DNA of 64,000 nt from positions 2,108,001 to 2,172,000 of the forward strand of contig NW_026515668.1 of the NCBI RefSeq assembly GCF_025526975.1. Reading direction: 5' to 3'. The notes beneath the pieces were generated by a model. It did no database searches. It had not been told where the DNA came from and worked only from the letters and a program-made list of their open reading frames with translations. Source of the stretch: Fimicolochytrium jonesii (Eukaryota). Of this stretch, positions 42,821 through 55,429 are shown one piece after another (position 1 is the stretch's first letter; the number at the start of each line of letters is the position of its first letter). A program made the translations under genes and the position numbers.

Positions 42821-44227
42821 TCATTCCGGCGCCATATTCAACAACAATTCCAACAACTTTTGCTGCTGCCCAATCTGCACCGGGTCCTCCGTCACATAAT
42901 ACATCGGTACACCCGCCTGCCAAAAAAAAAAATCAGTCTCACGCTCAAGCCCTTCTCCATCCTCACTCCCCATCACTCACCTCCTCCAAAACTCCCTGCT
43001 GCCCCCTCCTCAAAACATCCATCTCCCTAATAATCATCCGATCAAACACGACCAGTTCCTCCTCCAAACGTTGCGCGCGCTGCCGCTTTTCGTGGGCGGG
43101 GATGTTGCCGAGGATGTCCATGGCGAGGAGGTCGTTGTCGGCTTTTTTGGTGAGGGCTAGCCGTTTGCTTAGGAGTTGCGTTTCTTTTTCCGTCTATCAC
43201 ATATAAGGAGGGCGTGAGATACGTGATGTGCATGTGAGAAGATGGGATTGACTTCTATTACTTACCTGTGATTTCTGGAGTTCTTTGATCAGTTGGAAGA
43301 TCTTGCCGTCCTCGCTCAGCTCGGCCAACGCGTGTAGGACAGCGGGAGAGGGTTTGCCTGTTTCGGACATGCGGCCTTCTAGGCGTGGGCGCGGTTTGGG
43401 TGGGGAGGACGATGGCTGGGCGGTGGTGTCGTGGCCCTCGTCGGGTCCGAAATCGACGTGGCCCATGTCTGTGTCTGCGCGGATTGTGTCGGTTGAAGTG
43501 GGAGTTGACGATTTGGGTTCCGATGACCCGCTGAACCCTCCTGACGATGCATACATTGCCGTCGTCGTCGCCGGTTGCAGTGCAGCTACCGCCGACCCAC
43601 CCGCATCCGCCCCCTTCTCACTCTGCATCCACATACTCAGCAACGACGACTGAGGCGGCGTTCCGATCCCATTTGGCGGCGGGTTATACCCCACCTGCGA
43701 CTGCGGCTGCTGTGACTGTGACTGCTGCAACATCTGCTGAAGCATGGATATGATACCACCCGCGGACGCCGACGGTGGTTGTTGATATTGTTGCTGTTGT
43801 CCGCTAAACATCGAATATGACTGTGGTTGTTGTTGAGGATACTGGGTATATCCTGAACTGGCTGGTTGTTGTTGAAATGGCTGATACGCCTGTTGCTGTG
43901 GTGGTTGTTGTGCTGCTGCTGCTGCGTTCCGCTGATACTCCAGTTTGACTTGCTCGATAAGGAGGGAGGACATTGGCGTTGATAAGGCATTGTTGAATGC
44001 TGACGTGGGATGCTGTTGTTGGTACTGGGGTTGCGCGGGTGCTGCTGGTTGGGATAGTTGGGATAGGAGCGAGAGCAGGTCGGTTTGTGGTGGTTCGTTG
44101 GCTGCATCTTGCGCTTGTTGTGGCGGCTGAGAAGGTGGAGAAGGTGGTGGGAAGATGGGTGAGTCCACAATGTGGGTGCTGGTTCTGGAGTCCTCTTCCT
44201 CACCTGTGAGCCGTTCCAGGAATACAT
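42821..44227 (-). CDS. Q/P-rich protein with DGCR6/gonadal-like C-terminal domain
   Basis: The spliced C-terminus EEELVVFDRMIIREMDVLRRGQQGVLEE|AGVPMYYVTEDPVQIGQQQKLLELL resembles the DGCR6 'QQ.TLE.AGVPGFYVT.NP.EI..Q..LL' signature. Confidence 0.65.
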
Positions 44228-44986
44228 CCTGGAGCCGTCGAAGTGGTCAGCGTTGTGTTCCTTGTGAGTGTGGAAGGGGTGTGTGTGTAAGTGGTCTCTG
44301 AGGGCAGCCGGGTTCCTTTCTTGCTGTGCCAAATCGCCGATGCCCAAATGATGCCCAAAGGCTTCATAGGCTTCATGCGAGGCCAACGCAACACGCAACT
44401 CTCACGCAGGCAGTTGCGGCTGTTGCTCTTTGCGGACCTCCATTCTCTGCCTCACACAGGCCTCACAACAGGCGACAGGCCACAGGCAATGGCAACAGGC
44501 GACCCAGCGACCATCCCCGCAACAGCAACACCGAGTACAGCCAGGCCAGCCCCAAAGGTGAGTTTCCTGAGGTGGGGAAAACCAAACTGCAAGATCACTA
44601 ATTCCCACCCTCCCTTACATAGCCGCCAACAACAAAACAACAGCTTGGTGCCATCACCCGCGACTCCGCAACGCCGAAATACACCAACAATACCTCTCAG
44701 AATTGATCCAGTTGACGGAATCTCAAACCGCTGACTTGCACGCCGCCTTCCAATAACACGCCGCTCTCCCCGCCACCCCCACCACCAACCACAATCTGAT
44801 TAACGAGCTCGAACGCGAGCACGCAGAGCTATTAGCGGAACTGACCCGCCTTCGTGAGCGCGCGACACAGTCGCTGGATAACTTCACAAAGGAGGTGGTC
44901 CAGCCGCTCACGGCTTTGAAGGGAGAGGTAGAGGAGGCGACAAGGACAAAGACTTATCGGCTGGGGGAGTGATCATTCCCCGAGGG

Positions 44987-45959
44987 ATGGGAAATATGGA
45001 GACGGCTGTGTGTATGAAGGCGGTTGCGCAGGTGCTGAGGGTGTCGGGGTTTGGCGGGGCAGAGAAAGAGGCGTTTGATTTGTTGGTGGAGACTTATACT
45101 CTGTGTGAGTGTGAGAGGATGTGTAAGGAGCGAGATGTGTCTACCACACACTCATGCAATCATTCCCCACGCAGACATGCATGACCTTTTCAGTCGCACA
45201 AAAGCCTACACCGAATTTGGCTTACGTACTCAACCGACGTTGAACGATGTGCTCCTGGGGATGGCTGACATGGGCATCTCGCTGCCCGGGCTCGATGAGT
45301 ATCTCGCGTATTGCGAAAGCAGGGGTGGGCAATCTGGTACGCTTGTGTGTGCGGGATATGTCCGCTGAAACAACGTCTGACTTTACCGTCATCTCTGACT
45401 CCCTCCCCACAAAGATATCCGCATCCCCACGCCGACCCGTAGCGAACCCGCCGAATTGATTCCCATCTCGTACGAATCGGACAACTTCACCTACATTGAA
45501 ACTGCCGCATCTGCTACTACTGCTGCGTGCCCACAACACCTGCCACCATTTCCCAACCCCCACACCTACATTCACAATGAGGTAAGTCATACCGACGCCC
45601 TCTTCCTTGTCCCTCTTGATCTCACAATAGTATCTCTTTCACCCTCGTTGTAGCTTACGGTGGAAAGCAAAGACCCATCACAACTCCGCGCCCGAGCAGC
45701 CGCGGAGTCAAGACAGGTTGAAATGAATCTGACACGTTTCTTGTCTGATGCTGCAGGGAGAAGGAAGAATGCGCATAACCTTCATTTTCCACAACAACAA
45801 CAATGTGTAACAAACGCAAAAGCACCGAAGAGTGTAACTATCGCCCTTCCCGCTGAACAACAACAAAAGCTTCGGGACCAGGCTCCGGATCAGACACTTC
45901 CAGTGAACTATGAGAGTGGGTGGAGGCGCAAGAGGCGGAGGATACGGAGTGGGGAGTAG
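44987..45959 (+). CDS. TAF8: TFIID subunit 8
   Basis: Histone-fold/bromodomain-associated N-terminus (AVAQVLRVSGF...RTQPTLNDV) and TAF8_C HLPPFPNPHTY...RAAAESRQVEMNLTRF. Three introns. Confidence 0.88.
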
Positions 45960-47021
45960 TAGAAGTAGTACTTGAGCGGGTTTGTAGATAGGGTGGGAAA
46001 GATCAAGATCAAATGGGAAAATGGAAGCGTGGGACCGCTGGGGAAAGTTACATTTTTGGGGAGACTAGGAGCTGCTGTATGAGGAATGGGTTAAGCGAAT
46101 GTGCGCTCATGCATCTATGTAAATACTCTGTGTATCTACAGTACAGTAGTGGGAGGAACGAAGGAAGACAGGCAAGAAATGGGGACATGTGACTAGCGGG
46201 AGTTTAGTTTGCCTCTGGAACACCGTTCAGCTGGACGTTCTCCCGAATTGGTCCCACGAGGGATTCCAGGAATATCCCGCGGGCTCCACTTGCCCACCGT
46301 CACCCAACGTCTTTGTCCTTGGGCCCGCCCACTTCGCCCGCGAGTTATGCGCATATGGCCGGCAGTAGCTGGGAAAGGAGCCTCACGCGTCGTCCTGGGC
46401 GCTACAGGCGGCGGTTCGGATGGGAAAAGGGCTGCTAAGAAGAGATGAAGGAACTTTGGACAGACTAGCCGACATTGCCAACGATGGTTGAAACGCCCGA
46501 CGGGTGGTCAGTGGAGTGTCCTCGAAAACTGCCCCCCTCCGACGGGCTGCCTTCGGCAAACAAGCCCACCGCAGCGTAGGATCGGCTCTCTGGATCAGAG
46601 CATTCGAGTACTTGAGGGCAGCTTGGTTCAGGGATGTTGGGACCGCCTATACGACATAGCGATCAGGCAAAATATCGACCGCACCCACCACAACAACGGC
46701 GGAAATGGACGGTATCCGATCGGCGGCGACGAGGAACAGATCCAGCACCGAACACACGAGAGAGAGATTACTATCATGCGATTCATCCATCTCCCGTCCA
46801 TCATTCAACTGTTCGACGTGACGACAAGGAAACTTGGCTTTTTCTCGTCATGTTGCTCGTAGAAGGGAAAATGCGAACGGCACTCCGGAGGCGGATAGAC
46901 CCGAAGCCAGTGATATTCGGGGACAATCACTACTAGCCACACCGCCGTTTCACCGCACGTTGAACGACGCGGATAACTCACTGCCTACAATACGCCAATA
47001 CGACATTCATGAGGCATTTCC

Positions 47022-49359
47022 TCAGAGTCTGATCTCCTCCAACACGGGATCCCTCGCAAACGCTCCATCCATCTCATTCGAGATATCCGCCATCGCCAAC
47101 CCCCCCACCCCCGTCACCCTCGGCGCAGTGAACCCCGACGACGCCAAATTCGGTGCGGCACCATTGCCAGGCGTCCCAGGGATGCGGAGGTCGCTCCCAG
47201 ACCTCGACAGCGCGCGCGCCCCCGTCTCCTCCTCCTTTTTGTTGCTCAAGTTCAACAAGATACGGTCCATCTGCGCTCTAAGCTGTTCTTGCTCTTCTAC
47301 GTTCCCTTGTTCTTCGGCGTACATTAGCTGGCGTTTTAGGGCCGGGAGCTCGACGGCGGCGTTGACGGGGGCTTTCTGGAGGGCTTTTCGGGATGTGACC
47401 ATTTGGCTTACTTCGTCCTGGTGGCGGGACAAGTTCGAATGCCCAAAGTGTGAGATTAGATTAGCGATAGTGACTAGGCAAGGAAACGTCACGTAGATCA
47501 TGACTTACGCTGCTGAACACATAATTTTTCGCTCGGTCCAAATCATCCCTCTTGTTCTTGACGTGGTGTGCCGGGAATGGGATCTTGTTAAATACCATCG
47601 TCTCAGACCATCGTCTGTACTCGCTCTGCGTGCATCAAAAAAGCGCAACTTTCAGTTGCAAGTCCAACGCGAGTTCCACCGTCCGCAAAGTCATGCGCTC
47701 CTCCGCCTCTCCTGACCTCGGTTACGGGACTATTCGACACTTTGGAGAAGGTGTTCTCCCTTTGGGCTCCCGCATGATTCATTATTGCTGATTTTGGCAC
47801 CGGCTTGTCGTCAATTGAGTATGGTCGGGAGGCGGTGGTTACCGCTGCATCATGGGAATGCGCTTCAGAATGGGGCACTGAAGCGTTTGTCGGACGGCGC
47901 GAAACCTACCATCGATCAGACATAGGCGGTATACGTTCTTTTTAGGGTCCTTCGCGTCGGCTCCAATTCCATAGCGTACAAAGCAGCCTATGAAGCGATG
48001 TAAGCACGAAGACCACCGCACGAGCCGAGCATGCCGGAAAAAACCATGAAATCGAACCTTTCACAGTCTTGTCAAAGAACGGCGCAAACACCCAATCCGT
48101 CAGCTGGGCACGGGTGACTTGTATCGACAGGACCTGTTCGTATGTTGGTATGCTTTTCGTGGCTTTGCTTATCTCCTTCATAACGGCAAAAGCATGAGCG
48201 ATCCCTCGCGATGCTTTTTCCCCGCTCGTCAGTACCTCTTTCCGCCGCACTTCGGTATCCGCATCCAGCCGATCGTCGGATTCGTAATGATCATCATGTA
48301 CGGAGTCTATCTGCATGGCATTACCATCCTATGGGATAGCCAGATGAGTTCCGCGAAACTACCATAGCGGTTCCATTCTACCCGCAAAGCTTATATACCT
48401 TTGCTGCTCGCGAATGCTTCTCCCTTTCTCTTTTGAAGCTGGCCATGGTCTCATCCCGCTTCGTCTTCTCCTTCGTTTGCCGTTTCGCTGGACCTGGCAA
48501 CACACAAAAGGGCATCAACACCCCTATTCTCCAAGACCCCTCTTCACATCAACGCGGCAGTGATCAACTAACGTTCGTCTTCATCCTCGTTCTGTCGTTT
48601 GGGTTTCGTTGCGCCGAACTTCCGCCGCACCATCTTCTTGACTTCTAATCGCTCCTTCATCTTCTCGAGCTGTGAGCCGTCCGGGACATATCGGTGATGA
48701 GTATTAACGATGATGGTGCTATACTAAGCAACGGCGCACTTACGCGTCCCCGTCGTTCCGCGATAAGACTCTCACGGTGCAACTCTGACATGGCGTTTAG
48801 CCTACGGAGAGTGCCCCCGTCAGATCTCGTTTGCGTCGTACATCCGTCGCCAGCCACATCATGCTGAATAACACGTTCTCACCGTTGCTCATCAGCCGCA
48901 TCGCCAATCAACGTATCCGGATCCCATGTTTTCACATCAGCCCACTCCTCGTCATCAGAGAGCTCATCTTCATCGTCGGACCCAGCGCCTTCAGACTCGC
49001 TCTCGAGCCGTGGTGCTCGTCTATAATCAAAGGAGTCGTGAGCAATCACAACTCTTCATATACTCTGGATCCCAGTCCCACCCGCTATGCTGTGCCTACC
49101 GCGTACTCCTCCTCGGCGCCGACCGGGTGGCTGTTTCGCTCGCCTGCTTCCGTGTAGACGCGGCGACGGAAGCTGGTGTTGAGGATGGAGCAGGGGTAGA
49201 AGTGACTGCGGCGGGTTCACTGGAGACAGCTGCTGGTGCAGGGTTAGGCGATCCAGGTGCCGTTCCCACAGGGGTTGCTGCTTTTGAGCCAGCTGTAGGG
49301 GTATTATCGCCGCTTGCCCCGGCTTGTGCGCCGATGATAGCAAGTAGGGCCGCGTCCAT
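47022..49359 (-). CDS. RTF1: Paf1 complex subunit Rtf1 (Plus3 domain)
   Basis: HMD-like RLNAMSELHRESLIAERR and Plus3 IQVTRAQLTDWVFAPFFDKTVK|GCFVRYGIG...VYRLCLI. Multi-exon. Confidence 0.88.
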
Positions 49360-49700
49360 CGTGAAGATAGTCCGTCAAGAGATCACTATTGAGTTCTGGA
49401 GGTAGAGTAAGCTCACGGCAGATTAAGTTAATACGGCCGGACGGGCGTAGTTGTCGCAGCTGTCGTGGAGGGTTGATAGAATCAGCACTCGCTGGTACGC
49501 GAGGTCAGGAGTGGGACTCGGACTTTCCCAAGGCTCCCTGTGAATTTGAGCTTGAACGTTGTTGCATGCATGCATGCAAGCGTAATCGAATATACTGTAC
49601 ATACATACTGTAAACACTGTTTCGCCAAAGCATACGTAGCTGAGCTACTCCTTAACATCCCGAAGCCCGCAACCGTCAGCCTCACCGATAACGAAAGAAG

Positions 49701-50614
49701 ATGTCGCAATCACTCGAAGCTAACCCAAGGGGGATTCCCCGGGCTCCTTTTGTGGTACGTTGGGCGCCCTCAAAGCGAGTCGGAGTGCTGCGAGACGGAT
49801 AGGGGGAATTTTGTAGAGCTGGTGGCTTCTTTGGTGGCCAACTTAAGGCACTTGTTGTGGAGCGCCCATTACGCTTGCCCTAAGGATCTCCGGAAGTCAG
49901 ACGAGATCGTGTAAACTCAAACATGCCCCGCTTCTAGAGCAAAGTTGAGGAATATGCTGCCTCAGAGGCCGAAGTGGAGTCGACGCTGCGGAAATTCCAG
50001 GAAATGATCTCGTATGTTGCTTCAGAGCTGGTCAAAGTCGCCCGAACGTGCCGGAGTACTGACTTCGTGGTGACTGCAGGAAATACAAGTACATGCAGGG
50101 TCATTTACTGCAGCGCAAACAGAGTCTCGAATCCAAGATTCCCGACATCAAGAAGACGCTGGAGATGGTCGAGTTCCTGATCACTGGTCAGGTATGAATG
50201 CATCGATTGTGAGTCTCCAAAATCTCGGATCAGAGTCATGACATCTTGGGTATCGCTTCGCAGGACTCTGAGGAACCATTGACATCCCACTACGAGCTGA
50301 ACGACACCCTCTACGCCCATGCCCGCCTGACACCCTCCAAGGACGGGAAGTCGACCGTCTACCTATGGCTCGGAGCGAACGTGATGCTCGAGTACACGAC
50401 AGCGGAGGCACAAACGCTTCTGCAGCAAAAGTTGGGCAGCGCAAAGACATCCCTTACGCAGGTCGATGAGGATCTCGAATTCCTACGAGAGCAGATTACG
50501 ACGATGGAGGTCAACACTGCGCGTGTGTACAATCATGATGTGAAGATGAGGAGGTTGAGGAAGCAGGCTGAGGGGTCGAAGGCTGGTGCGCCCGCTATCG
50601 CTGGGAAGGCGTAG
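49701..50614 (+). CDS. PAC10: Prefoldin subunit 3 (Pac10/VBP1)
   Basis: NPRGIPRAPFV, KYKYM...KIPDIKKTLEMV, YELNDTLYA, VYLWLGANVMLEY, LREQITTMEVNTARVYNHDVK. Three introns. Confidence 0.95.
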
Positions 50615-50915
50615 ACGGGGGATTCCGGTATCTTGGTAGGATATGTCGTAGGATCCTCATGGGAGGGCATACTTCGCCGTAGTCATCAAAGGAGAGAGCT
50701 CAAGGGCGATTGCTCAGCTCCTGCGACTACGCGGTGGGACGGCCGTAACCGTCTGTTCTGCATTGCGGGCGGTATGTTGGGCGGTGGTGTAAATATTCAC
50801 TTAAGTAAAAAGTCGATAAAGTAGCATGCTATATCAAACTCACAATATGACCGTGGGGCATTGGGACATGTGTGCATGACCTCTACCCGCCCTTTTGGAA
50901 ACACCGACTCTCTAA

Positions 50916-52121
50916 TCATACGCTATGAATGTCACCAACAGTCCTCGCCCGCCAGTCCTTCAGTATCTCATACACGCTCATCGACAATGTAACCGTCGGC
51001 GTAACCCACAGCACTCTCGCAGCGAGACCTCTGCCGAACGCCCTCCACTTTCCTTCGTTCCTCCACATGTCCTTGATGATCGTCACGGCGCTCTCCGTGC
51101 CTCCGCCTGCTTGTCGCCGCGTTTTTACGATGTCTAGAGCGTTGGATACGGCGCCGGCTAGTGCTCCGGATGTGCCGGCGCAGAGCATGTATGCGCCGAA
51201 TGGAAGTTGTTTGGGTGTTGACGTGGTCACTGAGGCGGTTCGTTTGTTGATAAAGAGGTCTGCTTGCCGTTTGAGTTGCTCGTATGCTATGAAGTATGTC
51301 ATCTGGTGATTGAGGTCAGCAACGAGCCGCTGGTGGTCTAGATCACTAGTAGCTTTGCTACTCACTGTATATGGTACAAATACCCCAAGTGCCAGGAAAT
51401 ACCCCTTGAAGAATCCTCTTATGCCATCTCTTGCGTAGATGGACCGACATAAGGACCATGTACTGACTCCTCGTTTAGACATGCCATCTACAGTCTGGAC
51501 CTGCATCTTGTTTTTCAACACTTCCATAGGCGTCCTAGCAAAGTTGCGGAAGGCAATCAGCAGTTTGCCATTTGTCCCCATTTCAAAAGGCTGAATCAAT
51601 CTGTATAACACCTCTCAAGTCGCTTGCGGGCGGCCAAACTCGTACCTTCACCGCGCTCCTACAGCGATGCTCAAGGGTAAGCACACGTACCATAACGCCC
51701 CACTCAGAATTTCCGCATTGCAGGACGCAACGGCATGCACTCCTATCGAGCTCTCGTCCCCGAGCCCACCCCACCTCGCCAACAACACTTTGGACTGGTC
51801 ATAAGCGCCGAGGTACACGCTCAGTGCCGGCACACTGAACACCAGCGCGACCGGTAACCCTCTGTATAGCGCGGTGAAGGACTCTGTTCGCAGGATGTTG
51901 CGGACCGTGGAACGAAGATGGCCGACGGAGGATGTGGAGCTACCTGCCGCGCTCTCGAATTGGATGCGGGTTTTGAGGGTGTCGAGGGGATGAGCGAGAG
52001 TCCGAGCAACGATGGCGGCGCAGGAGGAGAAGGCGACGTGGCTGAAAGCGTCCGAGGCCAGCAGCCGCCGGCTAAGGGTGCTGCTGCTGCTAGCGCTACT
52101 GCCTGTTGCGTCCGCGGCCAT
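50916..52121 (-). CDS. Mitochondrial carrier family (SLC25) protein, substrate unknown
   Basis: Three carrier signatures: HPLDTLKTRIQ, TPMEVLKNKMQ, NALDIVKTRRQ. Two introns. Confidence 0.9.
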
Positions 52122-52430
52122 GGCCGAATTCAAGTCTTGCACACCGACGAGAAGTTGCTACGAGAGTGAACGTTGGAAAGTTGGAGAGGGGCACGAAGCA
52201 GTAGGGTCTGAGTAGGGTCCCAAGACGTAGGCGCGTGACGCTCGCATCCGTACGCTTCTCCGACGGTCGGACTCGAGAGTATCAGGTTCGAATAACCCCC
52301 ATATATATACGATGGCGGACCAACGCAGATCAGTCCGTGAAATAATGACGCAGATTGTTCTCGTCTCTCATTCCACCTGCATCACAGACGCACTAGGCTG
52401 GCTCTACGCCGCACGAGGCTACACTACCAT

Positions 52431-52846
52431 TCAGTCATCGAATGCGTAACGCCAGCGCTCCGCAACGACAGGATGAAACGAGAAGCGCAACATCTGCTTG
52501 CCTTCAGCTTTCTGAATACGGGCCAGCTGGAAGCCGCGGCTGGAGCGTTCTTCAAAAGTATCAATAATGGGAATGATACGGATAATCGAGCTGCTGATGG
52601 ACAATGCCGGGTTGAAGGGGCTGCGGTGGACGTTCATGAGCTCCTTGGTGGCAACCTCGAAGCCCAATCGTAAAAGACTTTGACCACCGCATCGTCCAAG
52701 AGGACCTCGCACATGTTCCGGTGCATCTTGACGAGGTTCGGGAGGTCCGTGACAGGAGTTGTTCTGATGTTGACAGCGTTCTCGCCTTTGCGGGATACGG
52801 TCATGTTGATGACATAGCGGGCCTGAGGCACGGTAACGGATTCCAT
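52431..52846 (-). pseudogene. Frameshifted viral-island hypothetical gene
   Basis: MESVTVPQARYVINMTV...VVKVFYD appears to continue in another frame as LGFEVATKELMNVHRS...WRYAFDD*, with a shift near 52665. Confidence 0.45.
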
Positions 52847-52962
52847 GGCGATCAGGTCCGAGTTTTTTGCGACTGGTACAATGCTTGTGTAAAAAAAGGC
52901 CACAGGGGGACGTGCGCGAACCGGGTTCTTTTATGTGCGTGAGGATCTTTGGACGCGTATAT

Positions 52963-53976
52963 TCACGCCCCCAACACCTTCTCCAATGCATAGTATGCCG
53001 CACAAAGCTTTGACAGCTCCGCAGATACGTTCCTCAAGGTGTACACCTGGTGCCCCATGATATGGGGGCGCCAGTTCCGACCCAGCATGGCCATTGCCGT
53101 ACCTATATCGCGCCAGAAGTAGACCATAGCCCTCCTTAGGGTAGATGCCTTTGATGCCCGCATGAGTTCAAGAATCAAGTGGATGTACACGTTGATGACG
53201 GGCTCAACGGGACCCCAAGCCGCGGGGAAGGGGGTTAGGTGCCTAGAGGGTATCTCCCTCGCCAATTGGTATATGATCACGTCGGGTTTCTCAACCGCGC
53301 CGAAGCTCCTGTGAGCAGGGAGCTCACGTTCCAGGAACGCCATGACGTCCGCGTAGGTCTGTCCCTGGCATATTTGTATCAACGCGCGCAGGAACCCCGA
53401 GCTGGTGGGTTTAGGTCCACGGACGGGGCTCCCTTGTAGCCATCGTGGTTCCTGGCGCAAGCGGTCCTGGCGTCTAAACTCATCCCTGAACGCGCAATTG
53501 AGGCACTGTAAGCGTACGAGGGTCCGGTCATCCAGGTACTGGCCTACGTCGGTGAGGATGATTTGTTGGAGGGACATTGTGCGTGGGTCTGCAACGTTGA
53601 GCGAGCGAAGCTCTTTCGTTCGGTCGTCGTGAGTGAGTTTTGGTGCGATTGAATTTGCTAGGGACACACCCTCGCTTGGAATTTGCATACCCACCCACAT
53701 GTACACACCATTGCTTTTCCGCTTGACCCGCCAGTATTTCCCGTTGAGACCCCTTTTCACGGTGCCTACGTAGAAGAGAGTAGCCGAGGCCCCCCGGCTT
53801 TTGCGGCCTTTTGCGCTCGTCCTGTTCGTGTTCGAAAGGCGCTTGGCCCACTTCGCTGAAGTTCGAATCTGCGAGTACCGTCCCGCTCGTAGGGCTTTGT
53901 CGGTTGCGCCACCCTTCTTGATGCACCGTTTGGTCACCGGGTTCCTTCTTTGGTTCTTTTTGCAAGGGGTGGGCAT
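52963..53976 (-). CDS. NCLDV-type protein: 2-cysteine adaptor + basic 'SATLF..GT.K.G.NG..W' module + F-box-like motif
   Basis: CKKNQRRNPVTKRCIKKGG; RKSRGASATLFYVGTVKRGLNGKYWRVKRKSNGVYMWV; LQQIILTDVGQYLDDRTLVRLQCLNCAFR. Intact 337-aa ORF. Confidence 0.75.
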   Translation of the reverse strand: MPTPCKKNQRRNPVTKRCIKKGGATDKALRAGRYSQIRTSAKWAKRLSNTNRTSAKGRKSRGASATLFYVGTVKRGLNGKYWRVKRKSNGVYMWVGMQIPSEGVSLANSIAPKLTHDDRTKELRSLNVADPRTMSLQQIILTDVGQYLDDRTLVRLQCLNCAFRDEFRRQDRLRQEPRWLQGSPVRGPKPTSSGFLRALIQICQGQTYADVMAFLERELPAHRSFGAVEKPDVIIYQLAREIPSRHLTPFPAAWGPVEPVINVYIHLILELMRASKASTLRRAMVYFWRDIGTAMAMLGRNWRPHIMGHQVYTLRNVSAELSKLCAAYYALEKVLGA

Positions 53977-54043
53977 TGGGCGAAGGTACTATGTGCTATG
54001 CAACCTGACTATGCGTCAGAAAAAAACTTGAGCGAACCTGGTC

Positions 54044-54885
54044 CTAGAGCACCATCGGCGCCATTTTGACGAGCGCGCTGAGCGTCGCAGGGTTGCTCAA
54101 CGCGGCCTGCAACCCGGCCGCGCCCCCCGCTCCGCCCGCGGCCCCACCGCCGCCCATCAACCCGGCCATCATTGCGGGGTCGGGCATGCCGCCTCCACCA
54201 GCGCCGCCCCCGCCGCTTTGCTGGCCGTAGTACGCGAGACCACAACACGCGGACGAGCAGACTATCATACAGATGACCGCGATGGCGATGAGAGCCGCGG
54301 TGCTGAACCCGGTTTGGCCGTCTGAGCGGAATCCGCGGTCATCTGAGTGGCGAGCTGGTTAACCAAGGTTGCGGTGCTAGAGCTGTTCTGTATGGCCTTG
54401 AGGATCCCGTTGACGGTGGCGGAGATGCGGAGGTTTTTGGCGGTGCTGCCGGTGAAAGACATGTTGACATGTTGATCGGTCATCTGGGCTAGGATAGCTT
54501 GCTGCAACGTCTGGATGGTTATGCTGGAGCTGACCCTATTGATAATGTCTTGGGTCTGCGACGACACGTTGGTTGAGGCGGAAAACAGACTAAAAGATGT
54601 CGATGCCTCCGCTTGCTGTTTCGCCAAGGCCGTCAAGGCGGACTCGATGTTCTGCTGCATGGACGCTTCCTGTGCGGCTGTTTGGATGCAGGTAATGTCC
54701 GCCACGGCGCCGGCATCAACATTGATGTTGCCCACCGTGGTATGGTCAAACTCGAGTTTAATATCCTGGAGGACGTTCTGCGACAAGGTGCATGATTGCG
54801 ACGTTTGAATGATGGCGGAGGCGATGGCCTCATTGATGAGGTCCTGTTTAGATACGGACACGTTTGTGCTTAGAACGGGGCCCAT
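54044..54885 (-). pseudogene. NCLDV L1R/F9L-like lipid membrane (virion) protein, frameshifted just before its TM helix
   Basis: MGPVLSTNVS...TSQSCTLSQNVLQDI...ITCIQ...SSQTQDIINRVSSSIT is S/T/Q/N-rich with Cys. A 1-nt loss near 54312 shifts off the TM segment TGFSTAALIAIAVICMIVCSSACCGLAYY and the Gly-rich tail. Confidence 0.8.
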
Positions 54886-54952
54886 ATGTAACACTATGTA
54901 ATACGTACAGTATGTTCCATAGATTTTTTCTAGCAAGGTATTCACAGTCGGA

Positions 54953-55255
54953 ATGTCGTACACGGGACTGATTGCGAACGGCAGGGCGGGCAAGTGCTTG
55001 TCGGCACCAACAAAGGATAGGGACCCTATGGTGATGGCCGCGTGCGACCCGAACGATTCCAAACAGAGGATCACCATCAGCAACAACAGGCTCACCACCG
55101 AGTACCGTAACCAAAACGACGGGATGATCAACACCAACGGTGGGAACGTGTTTTGGAGTGGCGAGAGCGGCAAGGACGACGACATCGCGTTCTACGTGGA
55201 ATCCATTGACACGCAATACCCGTTTCCCAATGGGAACTTCCGCTTTTGGGGCTGA
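54953..55255 (+). CDS. Ricin-B/beta-trefoil lectin-like protein (possibly truncated)
   Basis: LIANGRAGKCLSA...MVMAACDPNDSKQRITI resembles the ricin-B 'G.CL...C......Q.W' subdomain. Confidence 0.6.
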   Translation: MSYTGLIANGRAGKCLSAPTKDRDPMVMAACDPNDSKQRITISNNRLTTEYRNQNDGMINTNGGNVFWSGESGKDDDIAFYVESIDTQYPFPNGNFRFWG

Positions 55256-55429
55256 GGCCAACAAGGGGGCCATGCCGCGGCGGCCAACAGCAGCGACAGG
55301 GTCACTCAAAACGAGTCCTTGGACCACACGCCGTCGGATTCCCACTTAAACTCCGGCCCACTTGAACAGAGCCAGGACGACCCGGTTAATGTCGTCGGGG
55401 ACGGGATCGATGCTCGAAGCCAGCCGAGG

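Noticed and set aside
46200..46960. Short ORFs between TAF8 and RTF1
   Set aside because: No recognisable motifs or consistent splice model.
54886..55185. N-terminal hydrophobic extension of the 306-aa ORF 54265-55185
   Set aside because: Antisense to the lectin-like ORF. The likely start is the MG at 54885.
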